This document shows, one piece after another, positions 17,455-27,000 of a DNA stretch of 55,893 nucleotides. Position numbers and translations under genes: made by a program. Under the pieces are notes generated by a model. It had not been told where the DNA came from. It searched no databases and saw only the letters and a list, made by a program, of their open reading frames with translations. Within the stretch, counting starts at the first letter, position 1, and the number at the start of each line of letters is the position of its first letter. Source of the stretch: a virus (Duplodnaviria; Caudoviricetes); the IMG/VR virus record IMGVR_UViG_3300044630_003363, positions 1 to 55,893 of that record; one strand, given 5' to 3'.

Positions 17455-20289
17455 ATGGCAAATTCAAATAGAGTATTTGTATCTCCTGGTGTATATACAT
17501 CAGAAAAAGATTTATCATTCGTAGCACAAAGTGTTGGGGTGAGTACATTGGGGTTAGTGGGGGAAACTTTAAGAGGTCCCGCTTTCGAACCAATTTTAAT
17601 AACAGATTTCGATTCATTCAAATTATATTTTGGGGGAACATCACCGGAAAAAGACGGTAATAATAATCCAAAATATGAACTACCTTATGTTGCAAAAGCG
17701 TATCTTCAAGAATCAAATCAACTATTTGTTACAAGAGTTCTTGGATTAACAGGATATAAACCAGTTAAAACATTTGCGATTAAAACAATCGGTGGTGTTG
17801 AGGTTGGAGGATTAAGTGGAACCACAACGGGAACTACAATCCCATCAACAACAGGTATTACAGGTAGTACTTTCTACACTTTCTTATCAGATAAGAAAGC
17901 TTACGACGGAAATACCATTACTGATTATATGGTAACATTCTATAGTGGTTTTACATCAGGTAATACCGGTAATTGGTTTGTTTTGGGTAATGTACCATTT
18001 TCAGGAACATCGGGTTTAACAGGTACTGAAGTCATTTCACCATTAACAGGTTTAAATAACGCAGATAACTATAATTCAAAAGAGTGGTATAATACATTAG
18101 TTAATACGGCTGGTACAGAAGTTTATTCATTCGTATTCGTTTACAATAGTGGTACAAGTCTATTTGATGTAACAAGATATACATATAGTGCTACCACATA
18201 TAGTGATTATGATGAACAAGTTGTTGCATCATTTAGGTCAAGAGGTTCATATGTTGGTCAAACTTTAAATTTAGAAGTTACAGGAAATACTAACTTTAAT
18301 ATTTCGGGTTCGGATTTAGTGGTTAACCCATTATCTGAATTTACAATCAATGTAACGGGAGCAACAAGTGGAGCAAAAACATTTACATGTAGTTTAGATA
18401 CTACATCATCAAAATATGTTACTAAAGTATTGGGTGTTGATGTATTTGATAAATCAAAAGGAGATATTCCGATTTATGTTTATGAATCTTATCCAAAATA
18501 TTTACTACAAGCTTTTCAACAAGGTTACATTAGAGGTATCAGTTTAACTGAAGTTTACAACTCAGAGGGTACTAACTTCTTAACGGAATGGGATACACCG
18601 ATGTCACCAACAGTTGTTTCTGAAGTTAGAGGTGGTAATGTTGCAGATTTATTTGAAATAATTACAATTTCTGACGGTGAAGACGCTAACACACAACTTA
18701 AAATTTCAATTATTAATATTAATGTTGATACATACGAATTCGATATGTTAGTTCGTGAATACTATGATACCGATGATAACATGGTTGTTCTTGAAAAATT
18801 CACAAGATGTTCAATGAATCCAGATGTTCCGGGATATATTGCTAAAAAAGTGGGTACATCTGATGGTGAATATGAATTGAATTCAAAATACATTATGTTG
18901 AATATGTCTAATAACCACCCAACAGATGCATACCCAGCAGGTTTTAAAGGATTTGTAAATAACTCAAACTTTGGTGGAACAACTTTAGGTTCTGTAATGT
19001 ATAAAACTGATTATTATGTGGCTGGTGATACTACAGGTTATAACTCTGACGGTTCACCAATTTCATCTTCGGGAGATAAAATTAGAAAAGTATGTTTAGG
19101 TTTCTCAACTCAAACGGGTTATGATGACGATTTGTTAAAATATAAAGGTAAAGCGGCACTTAATACAACTAAAGGTTTCCACTTATCAACAAACGCATCT
19201 ACAATCACAGGTACAACATATATAACAACACCTTATGATTTAGAAGGTCAACCAGCAGGTAGTGTAATAAGTGATATCAACTATCGTAAATTTACATTAG
19301 CATTATGTGGTGGATTTGATGGTTGGGATATCTACAGAAATATAAGAACTTATGGAGACAATTATATCTTCGGTAAGAAAACTTATGTTTCAGGTAACAC
19401 AACTAATGGTGGTGTGTTTAGTATAGCGGCAGGAAATAGTGATTATTACGCATATGTTAGAGGTATTGATACTTTTGGAAATCCTGAAGCAGTTGATATT
19501 AACATATTTGCAACTCCTGGTATTAACTTCTACGACCACAGTTCACTAACTTCTTATTCAATCGATATGGTTGAACAAGATAGAGCGGATTCACTTTATA
19601 TAATTGGTTCACCAAATTATAGTACGGTTGATGAGGTAGTTGATGCATTAGATGGTGTGGCAATGGATACAAACTATTCAGCCACTTATTTCCCTTGGAT
19701 TCAAGTTAGGGATGTGGATAACGCAACTCAACTTTATATTCCACCAACAGGTGAGGTTGTAAGAAATATAGCATTAACTGATAATGTATCGTTCCCATGG
19801 TTCGCAGTAGCGGGTTATTCAAGAGGTTTAGTGAAATCAATCAAAGCGGTTAAGAAACTAACACTTGATGAAAGAGATGAACTTTACAAAAATAGAATCA
19901 ATCCAATTGCTACTTTCTCTGATACAGGTACAATTATTTGGGGTAATAAAACTCTACAAGTAAGAGAATCTGCACTTGATAGAATAAATGTAAGAAGATT
20001 ATTATTAAGAGCAAGAAAATTAATTTCAGCGGTAGCGGTTAGATTAATATTTGAACAAAATGACGAAGAGGTTCGTAACGAGTTCTTGAGGTTAGTAAAT
20101 CCGATATTGGACGCGATTAAGAGAGAAAGAGGTCTTTATGATTTCCGTGTAACGGTTTCAAGTGACCCAGCTGATATAGATGCAAATACAATGAGAGGTA
20201 AAATATTTATTAAACCTACTCGTTCACTTGAATTTATTGATGTTGAGTTCGTAATAACACCAACAGGAGCTTCATTTGACAATATTTAA
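17455..20289 (+). CDS. Contractile tail sheath protein (gp18-like)
   Basis: FVSPGVYTSEKDLS N-terminus; PWFAVAGYSRG, RINPI, WGNKTL, RINVRRLL, IKPTRSLEFI. Confidence 0.97.
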   Translation: MANSNRVFVSPGVYTSEKDLSFVAQSVGVSTLGLVGETLRGPAFEPILITDFDSFKLYFGGTSPEKDGNNNPKYELPYVAKAYLQESNQLFVTRVLGLTGYKPVKTFAIKTIGGVEVGGLSGTTTGTTIPSTTGITGSTFYTFLSDKKAYDGNTITDYMVTFYSGFTSGNTGNWFVLGNVPFSGTSGLTGTEVISPLTGLNNADNYNSKEWYNTLVNTAGTEVYSFVFVYNSGTSLFDVTRYTYSATTYSDYDEQVVASFRSRGSYVGQTLNLEVTGNTNFNISGSDLVVNPLSEFTINVTGATSGAKTFTCSLDTTSSKYVTKVLGVDVFDKSKGDIPIYVYESYPKYLLQAFQQGYIRGISLTEVYNSEGTNFLTEWDTPMSPTVVSEVRGGNVADLFEIITISDGEDANTQLKISIININVDTYEFDMLVREYYDTDDNMVVLEKFTRCSMNPDVPGYIAKKVGTSDGEYELNSKYIMLNMSNNHPTDAYPAGFKGFVNNSNFGGTTLGSVMYKTDYYVAGDTTGYNSDGSPISSSGDKIRKVCLGFSTQTGYDDDLLKYKGKAALNTTKGFHLSTNASTITGTTYITTPYDLEGQPAGSVISDINYRKFTLALCGGFDGWDIYRNIRTYGDNYIFGKKTYVSGNTTNGGVFSIAAGNSDYYAYVRGIDTFGNPEAVDINIFATPGINFYDHSSLTSYSIDMVEQDRADSLYIIGSPNYSTVDEVVDALDGVAMDTNYSATYFPWIQVRDVDNATQLYIPPTGEVVRNIALTDNVSFPWFAVAGYSRGLVKSIKAVKKLTLDERDELYKNRINPIATFSDTGTIIWGNKTLQVRESALDRINVRRLLLRARKLISAVAVRLIFEQNDEEVRNEFLRLVNPILDAIKRERGLYDFRVTVSSDPADIDANTMRGKIFIKPTRSLEFIDVEFVITPTGASFDNI

Positions 20290-20301
20290 TAAAAAAATAA
20301 A

Positions 20302-20325
20302 TGGGAAGGTGTAAAATCCTTCCCA
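20302..20325 (+). terminator. Hairpin after the sheath gene (terminator or processing stem)
   Basis: TGGGAAGG-N8-CCTTCCCA; A-tract on the 5' side, weak U-tract on +. Confidence 0.6.
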
Positions 20326-20332
20326 ACTTATA

Positions 20333-20348
20333 TGTTTCACGAGAAACA
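20333..20348. promoter_or_regulatory. parS-like site TGTTTCACGAGAAACA
   Basis: 15/16 identity to the palindromic consensus TGTTTCACGTGAAACA; intergenic. Confidence 0.65.
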
Positions 20349-20380
20349 AAAAAAGTATAAAAAATATAAAATTATAATAC

Positions 20381-20490
20381 CCAGTATATATGCTCCAGTA
20401 TACTAGAACTAGTATTTTATTATCTAGTATTTTAATATCTAGTTTTAATAAACTAGTTAAAGAATTTCTAGTACTAGATACTAGTATAGT
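20381..20490. repeat. Array of CTAG/CCAG-TA core repeats with about 15-bp phasing (candidate origin iterons)
   Basis: CTAG at 20403, 20409, 20424, 20439, 20453, 20468, 20474, 20481; palindrome TCTAGTACTAGA at 20467-20478. Confidence 0.75.
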
Positions 20491-20607
20491 GAAAAAATAC
20501 GAAAAATATTTGACATTATCAAGTATTTCGTAAAAATAAATTATTTTTCAATAAGAGTATATTTATAGGTAAGGTAAATAAAAAAAAATTAAAAACAAAA
20601 AATAGAC

Positions 20608-21096
20608 ATGGCAGATTTATTAATGAAAATGCCGGTTCCATACGAACCGAAAAGAGTTAACCGTTTCATACTAAGATTTCCCTCTTCATTGGGTATCAAC
20701 GAATGGTATGTAGCATCAACGGCAAGACCAAGCGCAAAAATCAATTCAGTAGCAATACCGTTCATTAACACATCAACTTATGTTGCTGGTAGATTCGAAT
20801 GGAATGAACTAAGAGTAACATTTAAAGACCCAATTGGACCTTCAGCGTCACAAGCGTTGATGGAATGGTTCCGTTTACACGCGGAGTCAGTAACGGGTCG
20901 TATGGGTTACGCAGCGGGTTATAAGAAAGACATTGAATTAGAAATGTTAGACCCAACGGGAGTTGTGGTTGAAAAATGGATTCTTCAAGGTACATTCTTA
21001 ACTGATTTGAACTTCAACGAACTTGATTATTCGAGAGATGACATTGCAACTATCACAGCGTCTTTACGTATGGATAGATGTATTCAAGTTTACTAA
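20608..21096 (+). CDS. Tail tube protein (gp19-like)
   Basis: EPKRVNRFIL, YVAGRFEW, GYAAGYKKDIELEMLDPTGVVVEKWILQG; follows the sheath. Confidence 0.93.
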   Translation: MADLLMKMPVPYEPKRVNRFILRFPSSLGINEWYVASTARPSAKINSVAIPFINTSTYVAGRFEWNELRVTFKDPIGPSASQALMEWFRLHAESVTGRMGYAAGYKKDIELEMLDPTGVVVEKWILQGTFLTDLNFNELDYSRDDIATITASLRMDRCIQVY

Positions 21097-21153
21097 TTTT
21101 ATTATCAGTATTTTACGTATTTTAATAAAATAAAATTGTCTATTTACAATATT

Positions 21154-21187
21154 AAGGGTCTTCCGTTGGGAGACCTTTACTTTTTTA
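21154..21187 (+). terminator. Rho-independent terminator after the tail tube gene
   Basis: AAGGGTCTTCC-GTT-GGGAGACCTTT followed by a T-run. Confidence 0.8.
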
Positions 21188-21230
21188 TAAAAGTTTCGTA
21201 ATTTTATATAGTTATTAATAAAACAAATTT

Positions 21231-21980
21231 ATGGAAGAATTTAGAATTGACCCCACGATACAATATGATGTTGTGGAATTACCTTCAAGAGGTATTCATT
21301 ATACAAGTAATAAAAAATCACTTAGAGTAGCATATTTAACCGCTTCAGATGAAAATATTCTGTCTGCACAGAATTTAATTCAAAATAATACTGTAATAGA
21401 TGAACTTCTAAAAAGAAAAATTTTAGATAGGGATTTTATTGTTGACGAAATTGCGGATGAAGATAAACAGGCTGTTTTAATCTTTTTAAGAAGTACCGCT
21501 TTTGGTCCCGAATATACATTTTATCTTAATGATTCAAAAACGGATAAAGAATTTACTGCAATTGTTGATTTAAGTGAAATATCATTTAGAGAATTTAAAC
21601 TTGAACCAGATGCAAATGGAGAATTTAAATATGTTATGCCAAAATCAAACATTGAAATCACATTTAAATTCTTAACTCCAAAACAACAAAAAGAAATTGA
21701 TGAAATAGAAAAAAGTTGGAATGGGAACGGTGTACCACCAATTGTTACAAAACAACTTGAAATGATGATTAAGACCGTAGCTGGTAATAAGGATATGATG
21801 AACATTAGAAACTTCATTGAAAAATTACCAATCAAAGATTCACAAGATTTTAGAAAATTCATTAAAGAAAACAAACCAAGTTTAGACCTAAAAAGAGAAG
21901 TAAACACCCCGTCAGGAGACAAAATCCAAGTTGAAATTGGGTTCGGGGTGGAGTTTTTTCGCCCTTTCTACGGATTATAA
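21231..21980 (+). CDS. Tail assembly chaperone / baseplate hub assembly protein (T4 gp26-like)
   Basis: VELPSRG, YLTASDENIL, LIFLRSTAFGPEY, C-terminal EFFRP; lies between tube and tape measure. Confidence 0.75.
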   Translation: MEEFRIDPTIQYDVVELPSRGIHYTSNKKSLRVAYLTASDENILSAQNLIQNNTVIDELLKRKILDRDFIVDEIADEDKQAVLIFLRSTAFGPEYTFYLNDSKTDKEFTAIVDLSEISFREFKLEPDANGEFKYVMPKSNIEITFKFLTPKQQKEIDEIEKSWNGNGVPPIVTKQLEMMIKTVAGNKDMMNIRNFIEKLPIKDSQDFRKFIKENKPSLDLKREVNTPSGDKIQVEIGFGVEFFRPFYGL

Positions 21981-22110
21981 AAAAGGTCAATTAGACGAAA
22001 TTTTATTCTTAGTAAAAAGAGGATTCTCCTATGGGGATATCATGGGTATGCCTGTCTACATTAGAAGGTATTATATTAACTATCTTATTGAGATAGAAAA
22101 TAAAACTTAA
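21958..22110 (+). CDS. gp51-like short reading frame, probably reached by frameshift from the chaperone
   Basis: +1 frame FALSTDYKKGQLDEILFLVKRGFSYGDIMGMPVYIRRYYINYLIEIENKT; no ATG until mid-domain. Confidence 0.65.
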   Translation, partial: FALSTDYKKGQLDEILFLVKRGFSYGDIMGMPVYIRRYYINYLIEIENKT

Positions 22111-22123
22111 TCTATTTATAGGT

Positions 22124-24019
22124 ATGGCTGATAAATTAAAACAATATGCTGATAATAATGATTTAACAAAATTCTCAAATGAATGGAGAGTCGTTAAAAA
22201 TATTCAACCAAACGACAATACTGACTATAGTCAAAGAATTTTAAATGACTTTAACATGTACAAATCATCTAATGGTAATTCAGCAACTGACACAAAAAAT
22301 AGTGGTGTAATATCCACGATGTCCGATATTCAAAATTTTAGTTCCTCGGTAAAAAGTTATACCACGGGAGGTTCTAGAATTGAACCATCCGTAATAATAG
22401 AAACTGTGTCGGATGTGGTTAAAGGATTTTTTAGTGAAAAGGGTTCTATTGGTGGAGGTATTAAAAACTTAATAGGAATTGGAATTGAAAAATCACTTGG
22501 CGGAATAAAAGACATATTAAAGGAACAAGTAAAATTACACAATGATGTAAATTCCGCTCTTAGTATATCTGGTGATATGTCACAAGCTCTAAGGGATAAC
22601 ATTAGAGATACTATTCAACCCGCGGCCGCATTTGGTTATGAATTAGAAGATGTTTCAAATACCGTAATTAAAATGATGATGGAAACCGGTAGGTTATCAT
22701 CATTTAGTTCCGAAGTAATGGGGAAATTACCATCAGTTTCAAGAGCATTTGTTGAAGAGATGGGAATATTAGGTACTTATTTCAGACAATATGAATTAGT
22801 TGGTATATCAGCCGAAAACACATTAGACTCAATTGAAAAAGGAGGAGAATCTTCATTAAGATTGGGATTAAATGCAAGAAAAGTAGTTAAAGAAACTGCA
22901 GACAATATTGGTAGAATTAATGAATTTGGATTTTCTAAAGGTACTGACGGTTTAAATCGAATGGTTCAAAAGTCGGTTGAGTTTAGAATGAACATGAATA
23001 GTGTTTTTAAACTTGCTGAAGATGTTTTTGACCCCGATAAAGCGATAAATTTATCGGCTAATTTACAAGCAATTGGTGGTGCAATTGGAGATTTCAATGA
23101 CCCATTAAAACTAATGTATATGGCAACAAATAATGTTGAAGGATTACAAGATGCATTAATTGGTGTTGCGGGTTCGTTAGCCACATATAATAAAGAACAA
23201 GGTAAATTTGAACTTACAGGTGTTAATTTAAGAAAAGCGAGAGCGTTGGCTCAAGAACTTGGTGTTGATTATAAAGAATTATCTAATAGTGCAATTGCTT
23301 CGGCGGAAAGGTCGGCAGCTGCAACTGAATTAATGGCTAGAGGTTTAGATTTAAAACCTGAACAAAAAGAATTTTTAACCAACATTTCAAGAATGAAAGA
23401 TGGTAGAATGGTAATTGATGTTTCAAATATGTCAGACCAATTCCGAGGGTTAAAAGAAATTGCATTAGGTGAATTAACTGATAATCAAAAAGAAATATTA
23501 TTAAAAAATCAGGAAGCGTTTAAAGCAATGTCAACTGAAGATATTGCAAAGGGACAATATACTGAAACACAAAAAATGGCATTAAATGTTGCTGAGATTG
23601 GTGCGATGTTAAAAATTCAATTTGCTAAAGCAATTAATCCATCTTTGAGAGGTGTTGACAATCAGATTGCCAAAGCAAATGAATACATAACCCAAGCACT
23701 AAAAGGAAAAGGTGAGGGAGGAAAAGAGGTTGAGAGAATAAAATCGGAAGCACAAAAAATGGCGGATGATGAATTAAAGGTGAAAACCAAAAAACAAGAA
23801 GCAACCAAAGTTGATAATTCATCAACATCAAAAACCGAAGAACCAAAAAATAGTAATGGACTTCCGGTTGGATGGTCGGTTATGACTGTTAATCATAAAA
23901 TGTCAAGTGATTCGGTTGTTTTTGACGAGGTAAAACGAGGATGGCAAACGACATTGGATGGACTAAACCCACAAGAATATACTGGTAAAATGTGGGGAGG
24001 TGGTGGTGGAAGTTGGTAA
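22124..24019 (+). CDS. Tape measure protein
   Basis: Helical Ala/Gly/Leu-rich 631 aa; canonical position after tube and chaperone. Confidence 0.75.
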   Translation: MADKLKQYADNNDLTKFSNEWRVVKNIQPNDNTDYSQRILNDFNMYKSSNGNSATDTKNSGVISTMSDIQNFSSSVKSYTTGGSRIEPSVIIETVSDVVKGFFSEKGSIGGGIKNLIGIGIEKSLGGIKDILKEQVKLHNDVNSALSISGDMSQALRDNIRDTIQPAAAFGYELEDVSNTVIKMMMETGRLSSFSSEVMGKLPSVSRAFVEEMGILGTYFRQYELVGISAENTLDSIEKGGESSLRLGLNARKVVKETADNIGRINEFGFSKGTDGLNRMVQKSVEFRMNMNSVFKLAEDVFDPDKAINLSANLQAIGGAIGDFNDPLKLMYMATNNVEGLQDALIGVAGSLATYNKEQGKFELTGVNLRKARALAQELGVDYKELSNSAIASAERSAAATELMARGLDLKPEQKEFLTNISRMKDGRMVIDVSNMSDQFRGLKEIALGELTDNQKEILLKNQEAFKAMSTEDIAKGQYTETQKMALNVAEIGAMLKIQFAKAINPSLRGVDNQIAKANEYITQALKGKGEGGKEVERIKSEAQKMADDELKVKTKKQEATKVDNSSTSKTEEPKNSNGLPVGWSVMTVNHKMSSDSVVFDEVKRGWQTTLDGLNPQEYTGKMWGGGGGSW

Positions 24020-24089
24020 TTACAGTTTTGATAATTTCAGGAAAAGTTCAATAAAATAAAAAAACATCTATTTATAAAGTAAAACATAA

Positions 24090-27000
24090 ATGCCAACTTA
24101 TTTAGATTTTGATACCAGTAGGAACAAATCGGGAATACCTGACTCCAAGGACGGTTTTAGAGATTACTTAATCGCTAGAACTCTTAATGTACCTAATGGT
24201 CCTCAGACTTTTACTAATGCGAATTACGCAGTACAAAAACTAAGGGATATGTCAAACCAAGATTTGGGTGGTGTACCTTCCTTTAGTGTTAGTGCTCCAT
24301 ATTTTGATTTAAGTGCTAATTTATATGGTATTGATGAACCTAATGGTGTACCAAGAGAATATAGTGATTTATCCTTACCATCACTTGCATTATTAAATAA
24401 TGGATTTATTGCTAAAGGTTATTCTAATTCATTTATTAAAGAAGATACTAATTTAGTTAGTATTATGTCGGGACAAAAATTTGATAATGATTCAAGGTTA
24501 ATGAAATTTGCTACGAGTAATATTCGTGACAACAAACAAGGTCCCGTTTTTTCAAGAATACAAAGAAATTTAGAGGCAGCAACTATTGGTAGAGTTAGAG
24601 TTATTGACGCATTAAATGGAAACACCGCAACCGCATTAAATTTATTAACTGGTAGAGAACCTTTAATTGAATTTAATAATAGAGTTACCGTATCCTCAAC
24701 TTTATTAGGTAAGGGTGTTGATTTTTTACAAACAGTTGTTGGAACACAGTTACCATTTAGTGAAATTCCGGGTGATTATTTATCAAACCCAAGAAACCCA
24801 ATTGAAAATAGACCTGAAGCTAGAACTCAAGTTGGAGCTATTTTACAAGATGTTACAGGAGTTATAGGTTCAATGGTTGGAATACAAAGAAGACCAAAAA
24901 TTACAAGAAAACCTTCCGATTTGTTTATTGAATATATGGGTCAAGGACCAAAACAGTCTTTATTTGATTTATTAACATATTCAAAATACGCACCAAATTA
25001 CACAACAACAGCTAGGTCACAACAATCATCTAAAATATTTCAATTTGCAGATAGGGTTGGAGAAGGTATCAAAAACTTATTAGGTCTTGAAGCACCAAAA
25101 GGACTAGCATACATGGGTGATGACAGAAGTAATGATGTTAGACACACAATGTCCGACTTTAATGATAATGTTGTTAAAAGTAGTTATTATCTTAGTTTAA
25201 TGTTTGACCCTGTTGCTGCATCATTATTTGAAAGAAAAAGAAGTATTTCACAAGGAGGTCAGATTGGTGGTAAACTAACATGGATTAGTCGTAATTCTAT
25301 AAATAAATTAGGAGCAAATAATGCCGAATGGGAATCTGAAAGTGGAAAATTAAATGAATCACTATCAACAAAATTTGGTTTTAGACAAGATTCGATATTA
25401 GATAAAACACAACAACTATTGGATTCAATGCCAAAAGGTGGTGAAGGTTCTCGTACTCATGTTGGTAATGTAATTGACCAAACAAGTAGAATCTTTAAAG
25501 AAGGTGATACAGTAATGTCGAGAGGTTCAAATATTAAATATACAGATAAATTTTCAGGAGAAGAAACTGGTGTTGAATACTGTAGAGTATGGACAAAAGA
25601 TAGGTCTTACATGAACTATTCTGATACCATGAAAAGAACCGCAAACATTAGAAAGTTTGATGATAGTGTTTTAGGAGGAGAAAGTAGAGTTTGGAATATA
25701 AATTATGCTCCAATGTCCGATGGTAATAAAAATTTTGAAGGAGTATCAACAAACATATTTAAACAAGGTGATGGATTCTATGCTAAAAAATATATGTTTT
25801 CAATTGAAAACTTAGCTTGGAAAACTTCAAATACTCCAGGATTTACATATAATGATTTACCATATTGTGAAAGAGGAAACAATGGTGGTAGGGTTATGTG
25901 GTTTCCACCATATGATTTAAAAATTAGTGAAAATAATAGTGCTAGATGGAACGATAATACTTTCTTAGGTAGACCCGAACCAATTTACACATATCAAGAT
26001 ACAAGTAGAACAGGACAATTATCTTTTAAAGTTGTTGTTGACCACCCAAGTATATTAAACTTATTGGTTAGAGAACACTTTAAGAATATGAATGATGATG
26101 AGGCGGATAATTACATTGATGCATTTTTTGCTGGATGTATAGACCTCGACTTTTATGCTCTTATAAGAAAATATGCTCATTTAGATTCAAGTGATATCTC
26201 AATGATAAAAGCATTCTTAAATAACAATAAAGAACCCGATGCTATATTGGAATATATGCCGGCAGTTGATAGTCCTGTTAATTTAGACCCAAGTGGTGGT
26301 GGTAATGGTAGTAGTTCGGGTAAAGATGATAATAAAATTAGTGTTAAAAACATTAATTTAAAATATGCAAACGATATACCTGGACCGAATCTACAAACAT
26401 TAAAATCTCCTAATAAATACTCTGATTTATATACATCATTTATAACCCCTTCAGGTTCTACTGAATACCAAGATACACTTGTGAGTCTTTTACAATTGAT
26501 GACAGGAAAAACAGACCCACAAATTATTTTAGAAACTTCTTATGTTTTTGGTACTAAAAAAACAAATGGAGCAACTCCCCCTGTTGTTTCAATAACAGAT
26601 AGTGAAATCGGAGAACAAAAAACTAAAATTGCGGGATATTTTACTGAGGCTAAAAAAAATTACGAAACTTATATTAGTGCGTTAAACGAACTTAAAACCA
26701 ACTTAGGTAATAATACAACTGGTGATATTACAATAGAAATTGAGTCTTCGTGTTCTTCAGTTGCTACAACTCAATACAATGAAAAATTAGCATTAAGAAG
26801 AAGTCATAGTATTATACAAGACATTTTCAATATAATTAAATCGGGGTCAACTATTCCCAAAATTCAATGGGTGGAGGGTAATGAAATAATACCAACAAAC
26901 AAAACTAACTCAGATAATGATATAGTTTTAATTGAAAAGGGTAAACCAATTAAAATAACAAAAGAATATAATATTAAAGATTTAGGATACACAAGTAACT

